Source: an uncultured Actinomycetes bacterium
Lineage (GTDB): Bacteria > Actinomycetota > Thermoleophilia > Gaiellales > F1-60-MAGs149
Direction: 5' to 3'
Assembly (NCBI GenBank): GCA_963779685.1
Contig: CAVZZG010000003.1
Coordinates: 44,950-108,949, forward strand
DNA: 64,000 nucleotides
Part shown: positions 10,013 to 19,291 of the stretch, one piece after another
Layout of the letters: the number at the start of each line of letters is the position of its first letter
Position numbering within the stretch: the first letter of the stretch is position 1
Made by a program: the position numbers and the translations under genes
Notes under the pieces: model-generated
Databases searched by the model: none
The model's input: the letters and a program-made list of their open reading frames with translations, nothing else
Told to the model about the DNA's origin: nothing

Positions 10013-11332
10013 ATGAGCCAGTCCGAATCGGTGTTCGCGGCGATCGACAGAGCGATCGATGACATCCGCAATGGCAAGATGGTGATCGTCGTCGACTCGC
10101 CCGACCGCGAGAACGAGGGTGACCTCTGCATGGCGGCCGAGTTCGTCACGGCTCGCGACATCAACTTCATGGCCACCCACGGCCGCGGCCTGATCTGTCT
10201 CACGCTCACGCCCGAGCGCTGCGACGAGCTCGACCTGCAGCCGATGGTGCCGAACAACCAGACGCCGTACGGCACCGCCTTCACGGTCTCCATCGAGGCT
10301 CGCGAGGGCATCGCCACCGGTATCTCGGCGGCCGACCGCGCCCACACCATCCGCGTCGCGGTCGATCCCTCGAAGGGCGAGCGCGACCTGATCCACCCCG
10401 GCCACGTGTTCCCGCTCCGGGCCCGTCCCGGCGGCGTGCTCGAGCGCACGGGGCAGACGGAGGCGTCCGTCGATCTCGCACGGCTGGCAGGGCTGACGCC
10501 CGCCGGCGTCATCTGCGAGGTGATGAAGGAGGACGGCACCATGGCCCGGGTGCCCGACCTCGCGCAGTTCGGCCGCGAGCACGGCATCGGCATCATCACG
10601 GTCGCCGACCTGATCGAGTACCGCCGCCGCACCGAGAAGCTGATCGAGCGCATGGCCGCGGCGACGCTGCCCACGGTCTACGGCGAGTTCCAGGCGGTCG
10701 GGTACATCTCGAAGCTCGACGGCAAGCACCACCTCGCGCTCGTCTACGGCGACGTCGACGGCGCAGCCGACGTGCTGGTGCGCGTCCACTCCGAGTGCGT
10801 CACCGGCGATGTGTTCCACTCGCTGCGCTGCGACTGCGGCGAGCAGCTCGACCAGGCCCTGCGGCACATCGTCAGCACCGGCCGCGGCGTGCTGCTCTAC
10901 CTGGCGCAGGAAGGGCGCGGCATCGGCCTGCTGAACAAGCTCCGGGCGTACGAGTTGCAGGAGACCCAGGGCCTGGACACGGTCGAGGCGAACGCGGCGC
11001 TCGGCTTCGCGCCCGACCTCCGCGAGTACGGCATCGGCTCGCAGATCCTGGCCGATCTGGGCCTCTCCACGATCAAGATCCTGACCAACAACCCGCGGAA
11101 GATCGAGGGGCTCGAGGGATTCGGCCTCACCGTCACCGAGCAGGTGGCGATCGAGACCACGCCCCAGGAGCACAACCTCGCCTACCTCCGCGCCAAGCGC
11201 GACAAGCTCGGGCACCGCCTCCACCACCAGCACCTCAAGCTGCAGGAGGGCATCCTGCCGTCCGAGCCGCCGAGGGTCGAGGATCCCGACGCCCCCACCG
11301 GTGCGCCCGTCGCGCCGGTGAAGGCTCCGTGA
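10013..11332 (+). CDS. ribBA: Bifunctional 3,4-dihydroxy-2-butanone-4-phosphate synthase / GTP cyclohydrolase II
   Basis: The RibB part has DRENEGDL and HGRGLICL. The RibA part has [18 protein letters not shown] and [11 protein letters not shown]. The ATG at 10013 lies within ORF 9860..11332. Confidence 0.95.
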   Translation: MSQSESVFAAIDRAIDDIRNGKMVIVVDSPDRENEGDLCMAAEFVTARDINFMATHGRGLICLTLTPERCDELDLQPMVPNNQTPYGTAFTVSIEAREGIATGISAADRAHTIRVAVDPSKGERDLIHPGHVFPLRARPGGVLERTGQTEASVDLARLAGLTPAGVICEVMKEDGTMARVPDLAQFGREHGIGIITVADLIEYRRRTEKLIERMAAATLPTVYGEFQAVGYISKLDGKHHLALVYGDVDGAADVLVRVHSECVTGDVFHSLRCDCGEQLDQALRHIVSTGRGVLLYLAQEGRGIGLLNKLRAYELQETQGLDTVEANAALGFAPDLREYGIGSQILADLGLSTIKILTNNPRKIEGLEGFGLTVTEQVAIETTPQEHNLAYLRAKRDKLGHRLHHQHLKLQEGILPSEPPRVEDPDAPTGAPVAPVKAP

Positions 11333-11841
11333 AATCCGCCGCCGACGGCGGCATGGCAGCCCCCGACGGCTGCGTGCTGGTCGAGGCGCGGCCGCTCGAT
11401 GCGGCGGCGCGGATCGCCATCGTCGCGTCGCGCTACCACGCCGACATCGTGCAGCGCCTCGTCGATGGCGCCTTCGACGAGCTCGGCCGCCGCGGGGTGC
11501 CGCCCCAGCGCGCGACCCTCGCCTTCGTGCCGGGAGCGTTCGAGCTGCCGCTGGCCGCGAAGGAGTTCGCCGGCCAGGGTCGGTATGCGGCGGTGGTGTG
11601 CCTCGGCTGCGTGATCCGCGGCCAGACGCCGCACTTCGAGTACGTGTGCGCCGAGGCGGCGCGCGGCGTGACGCTGGCATCGCTCGAGACCGGCGTGCCG
11701 ATCTCGTTCGGCGTCATCACCGCGGACACGCACGACCAGGCGCTCGCCCGGGCCGGCGGCGACGTCGGCAACAAGGGGGCGGAGGCGGTCGCTGCAGCGC
11801 TGGAGGTGGCCGGCCTCCTCGGGGGCATCCGCACGGGGTGA
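11329..11841 (+). CDS. ribH: 6,7-dimethyl-8-ribityllumazine synthase
   Basis: Lumazine synthase signatures IAIVASRYHADI, VPGAFELP and FGVIT are present. The GTG at 11329 overlaps the ribBA stop; an alternative ATG lies at 11353. Confidence 0.92.
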   Translation: MKSAADGGMAAPDGCVLVEARPLDAAARIAIVASRYHADIVQRLVDGAFDELGRRGVPPQRATLAFVPGAFELPLAAKEFAGQGRYAAVVCLGCVIRGQTPHFEYVCAEAARGVTLASLETGVPISFGVITADTHDQALARAGGDVGNKGAEAVAAALEVAGLLGGIRTG

Positions 11842-12779
11842 ACGTGCTCGGAACCCGTGTCGCGGTGATGCAGGCACCCATCGGCGGTGCCTGCGACCGC
11901 AGGCTCGTGCTGGCGGTCTGCGAGGCCGGCGGTGTGGGGAGCCTCGCGGGTTCGTGGGAGGAGCCGTCGGCGCTTCGCAGCGAGATCCGTGCCGTGGCGA
12001 GGGCGGCGGCGGGACCCTTCGCCGTCAACCTCGTGCTCGACTTCCCCCAGGACGAGCGGATCGAGGTCTGTGCCGAGGAGCGGGTGCCGATCGTGACGCT
12101 GTCGTGGGGGATCCGTGCCGACCACGTCGCGCGCCTCCGGGCCGCGGGCTGCCGGGTGCTGGTGCAGGTCGGCTCGGTGGCGGCCGCCGTCGCCGCCGAG
12201 GGCGCCGGCGCGGACGGCCTCATCGCCCAGGGCGTCGAGGCCGGCGGCCACGTACAGGGCGAGACGGGCCTCGCCGTCCTGCTGGCAGGAATCCGGCGCG
12301 TGTCGGGCCTGCCACTCGTCGCAGCCGGCGGCATCGCCGATGCGCGCACGGCGGCGGCCGCCCGCGCCGCCGGCGCCGGTGCCGTCATGCCGGGCACCAG
12401 GTTCGTCGCCTGCCTCGAGTCGACCGCCTCGCAGATGTGGAAGGACCGGATCGTGGCGTCATCGGCGGAGGACACCGTGTTCACCCTCCTGTTCGACGTC
12501 GGCTGGCCGGACGCCGCCCACCGGGTCCTGCGCAACTCGACCTACCGGGCGTGGGAGGCAGCGGGCATGCCGGCCTCCGGCTCGCGGCCCGGCGAGGGCG
12601 AGGTGATCGCCCACGTGGGCGGGCAGCCCGTGGTGCGCTACAGCGACATGCCGCCGCACGACCGCGCCGAGGGCGACCTCGAGGCGCTGTGCCTGTACGC
12701 CGGGCAGGGCGTGGAGGTGATCGACGCCGTCCTCGAGGCCGGCGAGATCGTCGAGCGGCTCGCCGCAGCCGCGCCCTGA
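11838..12779 (+). CDS. Nitronate monooxygenase (2-nitropropane dioxygenase family, FMN-dependent)
   Basis: NMO-like TIM-barrel motifs are APIGGA.., GADGLIAQGVEAGGH and AAGGIAD. The GTG start overlaps the ribH stop (GTGA). Confidence 0.85.
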   Translation: MNVLGTRVAVMQAPIGGACDRRLVLAVCEAGGVGSLAGSWEEPSALRSEIRAVARAAAGPFAVNLVLDFPQDERIEVCAEERVPIVTLSWGIRADHVARLRAAGCRVLVQVGSVAAAVAAEGAGADGLIAQGVEAGGHVQGETGLAVLLAGIRRVSGLPLVAAGGIADARTAAAARAAGAGAVMPGTRFVACLESTASQMWKDRIVASSAEDTVFTLLFDVGWPDAAHRVLRNSTYRAWEAAGMPASGSRPGEGEVIAHVGGQPVVRYSDMPPHDRAEGDLEALCLYAGQGVEVIDAVLEAGEIVERLAAAAP

Positions 12780-12815
12780 GCGTTGATCCACCGCGGGGCG
12801 GTGGATCAACGCTCA
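12777..12815 (+). terminator. Perfect 18-bp stem / 3-nt loop palindrome that starts at the NMO stop codon
   Basis: TGAGCGTTGATCCACCGC-GGG-GCGGTGGATCAACGCTCA. There is no U-tract. It shares an 11-bp core with the palindrome at 12950. Confidence 0.55.
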
Positions 12816-12949
12816 TTCGGGTCGAGTGGCGTCGGGCCGGCTGGGGGCGTGGTGTTGCAGTTGGCGTTCTTTGCGTGGTCTCGGTGTGTTCGGCCTGATC
12901 GGGCCGCGGGTCCGTGCGGCCACGGCCATCGCTGTACTGAACTCAATAT

Positions 12950-12992
12950 CCGTAGCTGTGATCCACCGCTCCGCGGTGGATCACAGCTACGG
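12950..12992 (-). terminator. Perfect 20-bp stem / 3-nt loop palindrome that overlaps the pdxH stop codon
   Basis: CCGTAGCTGTGATCCACCGC-TCC-GCGGTGGATCACAGCTACGG. It has the same TGATCCACCGC/GCGGTGGATCA core as 12777-12815. Confidence 0.55.
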
Positions 12993-13604
12993 TGAGAGCC
13001 GTTCGACGACCCAGCCGGCGCCGTGGGGCCGGTAGCGGAGCCGGTCGTGGCTGCGGTCGTCCCTGTGCTGCCAGAACTCGAACAGCTGCGGCGCGACCCG
13101 GTAGCCGACCCAGTGGGGCGGTGCCGGCACGTGCCCTTCGCCGAAGCGCGCCGCGATCTCGGACTTCTGGCGATCGAGCACGTCGCGGTCCTCGATGACC
13201 TGCGACTGCAGCGAGGCCCACGAGCTGATCCGGCTGCCCACCGGCCGCGCTTCCGCGAAGGCCGCCGACTCCGCGGCAGAGGTCTCCGTGACGATGCCCT
13301 CGATCCTGACCTGGCGTCCGACCGGCTCCCAGTTGAACAGCAGCGCGGCGTGCGGGTTGACCGCGAGCTCGATGCCCTTGCGGCTTCGGCGGTCGGTGCA
13401 GAACACGAAACCGGTCGGGCCATGCTGCTTGAGGAGGACCATCCGGACGCTCGGCCGGCCGTCTGCGGCCGCCGTGGCCACGGCCAGCGCCTCCGGCATC
13501 GCGACGCCGTGACCGCGTGCGTCGGCGTACCACGCCGCGAACTGCGCGAACGGGTCAGCCAGGACATCCTGCTCCGCCAGCGGTCGCGTGCGGACGTCGC
13601 TCAA
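12987..13604 (-). CDS. pdxH: Pyridoxamine 5'-phosphate oxidase
   Basis: The C-terminal 205 aa of ORF 12987..13886 are PdxH-like (..RMVLLK..GFVFCTDRRSRKG..FEFWQHRDDRSHDRLRY..). The TTG start at 13604 overlaps the stop of the upstream gene (TTGA). Confidence 0.88.
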   Translation of the reverse strand: MSDVRTRPLAEQDVLADPFAQFAAWYADARGHGVAMPEALAVATAAADGRPSVRMVLLKQHGPTGFVFCTDRRSRKGIELAVNPHAALLFNWEPVGRQVRIEGIVTETSAAESAAFAEARPVGSRISSWASLQSQVIEDRDVLDRQKSEIAARFGEGHVPAPPHWVGYRVAPQLFEFWQHRDDRSHDRLRYRPHGAGWVVERLSP

Positions 13605-14164
13605 CGCGGCGCGCTCTCGGCGATCGCGGGGACGAGGGCGCCGAAGGCCGTCGGGTCCTCGCGGCAGAGGTGCGCCGCGAGCGCCCGGTACTGCTCGGCG
13701 ACGGCCCCGGCCGGGGCGACCGGATACTCCATCTCGTAGACGATCCGCCCGACTCCGGCCTGGATCGCCTCCTTGAGGCAGCCGAAGCAGGGACTCAGCG
13801 TGGTGTACAGCGTCGAGCCGTCGCTGCGCAGCCCGAAGCGGGCCGCCGCCAGCAGGGCGTTCTGCTCGGCGTGGACGCAGATGCAACGGTCGAGCGCGCG
13901 ACCCGGCAGGTGTTCGGGATCGGCCATCTCGCCCACCAGCCCCTGACGGTGCAGCTCGCGGTCGCGGCAGCGCACGCAGCCGCCGTCACGGCAGTTGGTG
14001 AAGCCGTGGGGCGTGCCGTTGTAGCCGGTCGAGACGATGTGGTCGTCGAGGACCAGCACGGCGCCGACCTGCGACCCGAGGCAGTTCGCAGCCGCCCGCA
14101 CCGCGCGCGCGATCTCCATGAAGTAGTGGTCGCGCCGGATCTGACGAGGGCTCAGCCGCTCCAC
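13601..14164 (-). CDS. dCMP deaminase / ComEB-like cytidine-deoxycytidylate deaminase
   Basis: It has DHYFMEIA, then HAEQNAL and SPCFGCLK (zinc ligands). The proposed GTG start at 14164 is 15 nt after the rpmB stop. The longer ORF extending to 14446 overlaps rpmB. Confidence 0.82.
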   Translation of the reverse strand: MERLSPRQIRRDHYFMEIARAVRAAANCLGSQVGAVLVLDDHIVSTGYNGTPHGFTNCRDGGCVRCRDRELHRQGLVGEMADPEHLPGRALDRCICVHAEQNALLAAARFGLRSDGSTLYTTLSPCFGCLKEAIQAGVGRIVYEMEYPVAPAGAVAEQYRALAAHLCREDPTAFGALVPAIAESAPR

Positions 14165-14178
14165 AGGCCGGCCGGCGC

Positions 14179-14370
14179 TCAGAGAGCCTTCTGGACCTTG
14201 CCGCTCTTGAGGCAGCGGGCGCAGACGTAGGCGCGCTTCTGCACGCCGTCCACGAGAATCCGGATGTGCTGCAGATTCGGGTCGAATCGCCGCCTCGTCG
14301 CCACCATGGAGTGGCTGCGGTTGTTGCCGAACGAGGGCTGGCGACCACAGACGGAGCAGACGCGGGACAC
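14179..14370 (-). CDS. rpmB: 50S ribosomal protein L28
   Basis: [34 protein letters not shown].. is canonical L28. The start is uncertain: GTG at 14370 or ATG at 14397. Confidence 0.9.
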   Translation of the reverse strand: MSRVCSVCGRQPSFGNNRSHSMVATRRRFDPNLQHIRILVDGVQKRAYVCARCLKSGKVQKAL

Positions 14371-14423
14371 GGCCGCAGTATGCTCTAGCCCCGTCATGAG
14401 GGCAAACGGCAACCGTTCCCGGG

Positions 14424-14789
14424 ATGGCTGCCGTCGATCCTGACACCGTGTCCGGCGAGATCTTGATCTCGGATGACGTGGTGGCCCAGATCGTCGGATT
14501 GACGGTGCTCGAGTGCTACGGCATCGTCGGGATGGCGTCGCGCCGGCTCGTCCACGGCGTCGCGCGGCTGCTCGGTCGCGATGCGCTCACGGCCGGCGTC
14601 GAGGTCGAGCGCGGCGCCGATGGCGGCGTCGGCATCGACCTCTACGTCGTGACGGAGCACGGGCTGAACCTCGCCGAGGTGGTCGAGAACGTCCAGACTC
14701 GCGTCAGGTACGAGGTCGAGCGCCTGACGGGGTTGCGGGTCGCCGCCGTGGGCGTCCACGTCCAGGGCGTCCGCCGGGACGAGCAGTGA
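14424..14789 (+). CDS. Asp23/Gls24-family alkaline shock protein (YloU-like)
   Basis: [23 protein letters not shown].. is typical of Asp23. It is divergent from rpmB and upstream of the DAK2 gene, as in the yloU-yloV-recG arrangement. Confidence 0.88.
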   Translation: MAAVDPDTVSGEILISDDVVAQIVGLTVLECYGIVGMASRRLVHGVARLLGRDALTAGVEVERGADGGVGIDLYVVTEHGLNLAEVVENVQTRVRYEVERLTGLRVAAVGVHVQGVRRDEQ

Positions 14790-15415
14790 CGGATGCCGCG
14801 CTGCTCGACCGGGCGCGGGCGGTCGCGGCCGGCGCGGCGGCCGCGCTGGCGTCGGCGCAGGCACGGCTCGACAGCATGAACGTCTATCCGGTCCCGGACG
14901 GCGACACGGGTACGAACATGGCCCGGTCTCTGGCCGCGGTCGTCGAGGCGCTGAGCCGCACCGGGCCGCTGCCGGCTCCCGCACTCGCAGGCGTCGTCAC
15001 CAGGGCGGCCCTGGCCGGTGCCCGCGGGACGTCCGGGGTCATCCTCTCCCAGATCCTGCGCGGGCTCTGCGACGTGCTCGGCGAAGCGGCATCGGCCGAC
15101 GGGCCGGCGTTGGCCGCCGCCCTTCGCAGCGCTTCAGCCGCCGCCGACCGGGCGGTGCGACAGCCCGTCGAGGGCACGATGCTGAGCGTCGTCCGCTCCA
15201 TGGCCGCCGCGGCCGGCGACGCCGCCGGCGAAGAAGCCGAGGACGTCCTCCGGGCGGCGGTGGCGGGCGGCGTAGAGGCGCTCGCGCAGACGACCGAGGT
15301 GCTCGCAGTGCTGCGCGATGCGGGTGTCGTCGACGCGGGCGGCGCGGGCCTGCTGGCGATCGCCCAGGGCGGCCTTGCCGGCTTCGCGCGGGCCTCGCGT
15401 GCGCCTTCCGGGTGA
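14786..15415 (+). CDS. DAK2 (DhaL-like) domain protein; only the N-terminal module of YloV-type proteins
   Basis: LDSMNVYPVPDGDTGTNM is the DAK2 signature. The GTG overlaps the asp23 stop. At 209 aa it lacks the C-terminal half seen in YloV. Confidence 0.82.
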   Translation: MTDAALLDRARAVAAGAAAALASAQARLDSMNVYPVPDGDTGTNMARSLAAVVEALSRTGPLPAPALAGVVTRAALAGARGTSGVILSQILRGLCDVLGEAASADGPALAAALRSASAAADRAVRQPVEGTMLSVVRSMAAAAGDAAGEEAEDVLRAAVAGGVEALAQTTEVLAVLRDAGVVDAGGAGLLAIAQGGLAGFARASRAPSG

Positions 15416-15494
15416 TGGGCGGGCACCGAGCCTGGTGAAAACCGTGCAAAGCGCCATTCGCAGGCTCGCGACCTGGCGCGTACAACGAGACTAG

Positions 15495-16094
15495 GTGACC
15501 GAACTCATCGACCTGCGCCAGTTCCTCCGCGTCGGCGACCGCGGTGCCTTCACGCGGTCCGACGGCAGCGACCTGACCGTGCAGTTCACCCACATCTCCA
15601 CGCGCTGGGCCACGGTCGAGGCGGTTTCCGGGGCGCTCGTGCCCGAGACTTCGGTGCGATCCGAGCTCCGCCGGGACGGCACCCGCCTGGTGGTGCAGTT
15701 CGAGGTGCTCGACGTCACGCCGCGCAACGGCGTGGACGTCGTCGAGCTCCGGTCGGGCAGCGCAGTCGTGCTCGGCGAGCGCGCCCAGCGCCGTCCGATC
15801 GACGAGGGCGACGCGACGGCGGTCCTGGTGCTGCCGGGCGACCACGTCGTGCGGGTGCCGGTGACGGTGGTCGACGTCTCGGCGTCGGGCGTCTCCTTCC
15901 AGGCCGAGGACCGGTTCGCGCCGGGCGACGAGATCTCGCTCGTGCGCGACGGCGAACACGCCTTCCGGGTCCACCTCCGGGTCGTGCGCCGAGGCGCGGG
16001 CAGCGGGGGGCGCGCGTCCTTCGGGTGCCGCATGATCGCGGCCACCGAGCACGACGAGGAAGAGCTGCGGGCCTTCGCGGCCATCGCGCACTGA
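15495..16094 (+). CDS. PilZ-domain protein (putative c-di-GMP receptor)
   Basis: RAQRRPID (RxxxR) is followed 28 residues later by DVSASGVSF (DxSxxG), which is the bipartite PilZ signature. The 199-aa ORF has coding-like GC3. Confidence 0.62.
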   Translation: MTELIDLRQFLRVGDRGAFTRSDGSDLTVQFTHISTRWATVEAVSGALVPETSVRSELRRDGTRLVVQFEVLDVTPRNGVDVVELRSGSAVVLGERAQRRPIDEGDATAVLVLPGDHVVRVPVTVVDVSASGVSFQAEDRFAPGDEISLVRDGEHAFRVHLRVVRRGAGSGGRASFGCRMIAATEHDEEELRAFAAIAH

Positions 16095-16122
16095 CCGTGA
16101 CCGCGTAGGCCGGGGCTGCACA

Positions 16123-18243
16123 ATGCCCGGCGTGAGATCCTTCGCCGGCGAACTCGACGACGCGAAGCCGCGTCCCGCCACGGCGCCCGACGACGCGCCG
16201 TTCGCGGCTGCCGTCCCGGGTGGGCGCGCCGGCGCGGCGCTGGCCGAGCTGGGCATCGAGACCGTCGGCGACCTCCTGGACACGTTGCCATTCCGGTTCG
16301 ACGACTTCTCGACCGTCGAACCGCTCGCGACGCTGGCCGATGGCCGCGAGGCCACGGTGCTCGTCACGGTGGAGTCGGTCGGGGAGCGCCGGACGAGCCG
16401 GCGGAACCTGCGCATCATCTACGCGCGGGTGGGCGACGCCATGGGAGGCGAGGCCACCCTGACCTGGTTCAACCAGCGCTACCTCCTCCGCGCCCTCGAG
16501 CCGGGCATGGTGATCCTCGCCCGCGGCGAGGCCCGCGTCTCGGGCCGGCGGCCCGAGCTGTCGGTGCGCACCCACGAGATCGTCGCGACGGCCGACGAGG
16601 CCGCCGAGGGAGCGGCCGGCGAGGCGCTCGGCCTCGCTCCCGTCTACCACGCGTCGGCCCGGCTCTCGTCGCGGGCGCTGCGCCGGCTGGTGGGGGACGC
16701 GCTGCCGCTGACGGTGCGGATGCCGGATCCGATCCCGCCGCGGGTGCGTGCACGACGGGAGCTCCCGCTGCGCCGCGATGCCGTCGTCGCCGGGCACCGC
16801 CCGCGGGTGGCCGGCGACGTGGCGGTCGCCCGTGCCCGGCTCGCGTACGAGGAACTGCTCCTGCTCCAGATCGCGGTGCTCGGTCTCCGCCGCGACGTCG
16901 ACCAGCGCTCGGCGGCCCTGCCGCTGGCCGCGCCAGGCGATCTCAGCCGGCGGTTCCTGGAGGCCCTGCCCTTCGCGCTGACGGGCGCCCAGGAGCGTGC
17001 CATCGCCGAGATCAGCGCCGACCTCGGCCGGCCCACCCCGATGCAGCGCCTCCTGCAGGGCGATGTCGGGTCGGGCAAGACCGCCATCGCCCTGGCGACC
17101 CTGCTGCGGGCCGTCGAGGCCGGCGGCCAGGGCGCCCTGATGGCTCCCACCGAGGTGCTCGCCGTCCAGCACCTGCAGACCGCCGAGCGCCTGCTGGCCG
17201 GCATCGGCGTGGAACTCGCACTCCTCACGGGCGACGTGCCCCGCCGCGAGCTGGACGCCCGCCGCCAGCGGATCGCCGCCGGAGAGCCGCTGATCGCGGT
17301 CGGGACGCATGCGCTGCTGCACGCCAGCTGGGGCCGGCTCCTGGTCGCCGTGATCGACGAGCAGCACCGGTTCGGCGTCGACCAGCGCGACGCGCTGGCG
17401 TCGGACGGGTCGGTGCCGCACGTCCTGCACATGACGGCGACGCCGATCCCGCGATCGCTGGCCCTGACGCTGTACGGCGATCTCGACGTGACAACGCTCG
17501 ACGAGCTGCCGGTGGGGCGCCGTCCGGTGCGGACGGCCGTGGTCTCCGAAGATCGCCGGGCCGACTGCTACCGGTGGCTCGTCGAGCAGGTGCGGGCCGG
17601 CGGCCAGGCCTACGTCGTCTGCCCGCTGGTGGAGGGATCCGTCACGGTCGAGGCGAGAGCCGCCGAGGACGAGGCAGCCGCGCTCGCCGCCGGTCCGCTG
17701 GCGTCGCTGCGCATCGGCTGCGCTCACGGTCAGATGAAGGCCGCCGAGCGTGGCGCGGTGATGCGGCGGTTCGCGGCCGGCGAGCTCGACGTGCTGGTCG
17801 CGACCACCGTCATCGAGGTCGGGGTGGACATCCCGAACGCGACGATCATCGTGATCGAGGATGCCGACCGCTTCGGCCTGTCCCAGCTGCACCAGCTTCG
17901 CGGGCGCGTCGGCCGCAGCGCCGAGCAGTCGTTCTGCTTCCTCTTCGAGTCGGTCGAGCCCACCGAGGACGGCCGTCGGCGCCTGCGGGCGCTGGTCGAT
18001 CACGCGAGCGGGTTCGATCTGGCCGAGATCGATCTGGACATGCGGGGCGAGGGCCACCTGCTCGGCCAGATCCAGAGCGGCCGCTCCGACCTGCGCCATG
18101 CGCGGCTGGCTCGCGACCGCGAGTTGCTCGAGCAGGCCAGGTGCGACGCCCAGGGGCTGATCGCCGCCGGCGGCGACGAGATCCTCGAGGTCGCCGCTGC
18201 GGATCGCTTCGGCGCGTTGATCGCCGGGATCCGCCGGGGATGA
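16123..18243 (+). CDS. recG: ATP-dependent DNA helicase RecG
   Basis: It has a wedge domain, Walker A GDVGSGKT, DEQHRFG and helicase C motifs (QLHQLRGRVGR). 706 aa. Confidence 0.95.
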   Translation: MPGVRSFAGELDDAKPRPATAPDDAPFAAAVPGGRAGAALAELGIETVGDLLDTLPFRFDDFSTVEPLATLADGREATVLVTVESVGERRTSRRNLRIIYARVGDAMGGEATLTWFNQRYLLRALEPGMVILARGEARVSGRRPELSVRTHEIVATADEAAEGAAGEALGLAPVYHASARLSSRALRRLVGDALPLTVRMPDPIPPRVRARRELPLRRDAVVAGHRPRVAGDVAVARARLAYEELLLLQIAVLGLRRDVDQRSAALPLAAPGDLSRRFLEALPFALTGAQERAIAEISADLGRPTPMQRLLQGDVGSGKTAIALATLLRAVEAGGQGALMAPTEVLAVQHLQTAERLLAGIGVELALLTGDVPRRELDARRQRIAAGEPLIAVGTHALLHASWGRLLVAVIDEQHRFGVDQRDALASDGSVPHVLHMTATPIPRSLALTLYGDLDVTTLDELPVGRRPVRTAVVSEDRRADCYRWLVEQVRAGGQAYVVCPLVEGSVTVEARAAEDEAAALAAGPLASLRIGCAHGQMKAAERGAVMRRFAAGELDVLVATTVIEVGVDIPNATIIVIEDADRFGLSQLHQLRGRVGRSAEQSFCFLFESVEPTEDGRRRLRALVDHASGFDLAEIDLDMRGEGHLLGQIQSGRSDLRHARLARDRELLEQARCDAQGLIAAGGDEILEVAAADRFGALIAGIRRG

Positions 18244-18794
18244 GGATCGTCGCCGGCGAGTTCGGTTCGAGGCGGCTCGTGGCCCCGCCCGGACGCGCGA
18301 CCCGGCCGAGCTCCGACCGCTTGCGCGGCTCGCTGTTCGCCGCCCTCGGAGACATCCCGGGCGCGGTCTGCCTCGACCTCTTCGCCGGCTCGGGCGCGCT
18401 CGGCCTGGAGGCGCTTTCGCGGGGGGCGGCGAGCTGTGACTTCGTCGAGCAGGACCGTGCCGCCGTTGCCGCGCTGAAGGCGAACGTCGCCTCGCTCGGC
18501 GTCGGGGCGCGGGTCACCGTCCGGATCGCCGACGTGCGCGGCGCGCTGCGTCGCGCCGTCCGGGAGGGCCGGCGCTACGATCTCGTCCTGATCGACCCGC
18601 CGTACCGGCTCGTGCAGGCCCTGCTCCCCGACCTCGACCGCTCGCTGTACCGGATCACCTCCGTGGGCGGTCGCGTCGCCTTCGAGACGGCCGAGGCCGA
18701 CGCACCGGCGCTCGCGGGCTTTCGGCTAGCATCCCGCCGTCGCGTGGGCGCAGCAGCGCTGACGCTCTTCGTCCGGACGGAGGACGCACCCTGA
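18240..18794 (+). CDS. rsmD: 16S rRNA (guanine966-N2)-methyltransferase RsmD
   Basis: Motifs are MRIVAGEFGSRRL..RPSSDRLR, DLFAGSGALGLEALSRGA and DPPY. The ATG overlaps the recG stop (ATGA). Confidence 0.9.
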   Translation: MRIVAGEFGSRRLVAPPGRATRPSSDRLRGSLFAALGDIPGAVCLDLFAGSGALGLEALSRGAASCDFVEQDRAAVAALKANVASLGVGARVTVRIADVRGALRRAVREGRRYDLVLIDPPYRLVQALLPDLDRSLYRITSVGGRVAFETAEADAPALAGFRLASRRRVGAAALTLFVRTEDAP

Positions 18795-19279
18795 ACCGCA
18801 TCGCCATCTGCCCTGGCAGCTACGACCCCGTTACGCTCGGCCATCTCGACATCATCCGCCGCGCCGCGTCGCTCTTCGGACAGGTCGTGGTCGGTGTCGT
18901 TCGTGCGCCGAAGCACAAGGAGACGCTGTTCACCATCGAGGAGCGCATCGCGTTCCTGGAGGACTCCCTCGCCGACATGCCGAACGTGAGCGTGCGACCG
19001 TTCATGAGCCTGGTGGTCGAGTTCGCACGCGAGCAGGGCGCGACGGCGCTCGTCAAGGGTCTGCGCGCGGTCTCCGACTTCGAGTGGGAGTTCCAGATGA
19101 ACCACCTGAACAAGCGATTGGCGGAAGACATCGAGACCGTCTACCTGATGAGTTCGAGTCGCTACTCGTTCATCTCGTCGAGCGGTGTGCGGGAGATCGC
19201 GGAGTTCGGCGGGCCCGTCGCCGACCTCGTCCCGGAAGCGGTCGTGCGGGCATTCAGCGCACGCTACGCTGCGCAGTAG
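18791..19279 (+). CDS. coaD: Phosphopantetheine adenylyltransferase
   Basis: ..IAICPGSYDPVTLGHLDIIRRA.. is the CoaD nucleotide-binding motif. The ORF track starts only at 18887 (GTG), which would delete that motif. The nearest in-frame candidate is the CTG at 18791, overlapping the rsmD stop. Confidence 0.82.
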   Translation: MNRIAICPGSYDPVTLGHLDIIRRAASLFGQVVVGVVRAPKHKETLFTIEERIAFLEDSLADMPNVSVRPFMSLVVEFAREQGATALVKGLRAVSDFEWEFQMNHLNKRLAEDIETVYLMSSSRYSFISSSGVREIAEFGGPVADLVPEAVVRAFSARYAAQ

Positions 19280-19291
19280 GAGAGGGCTCGC

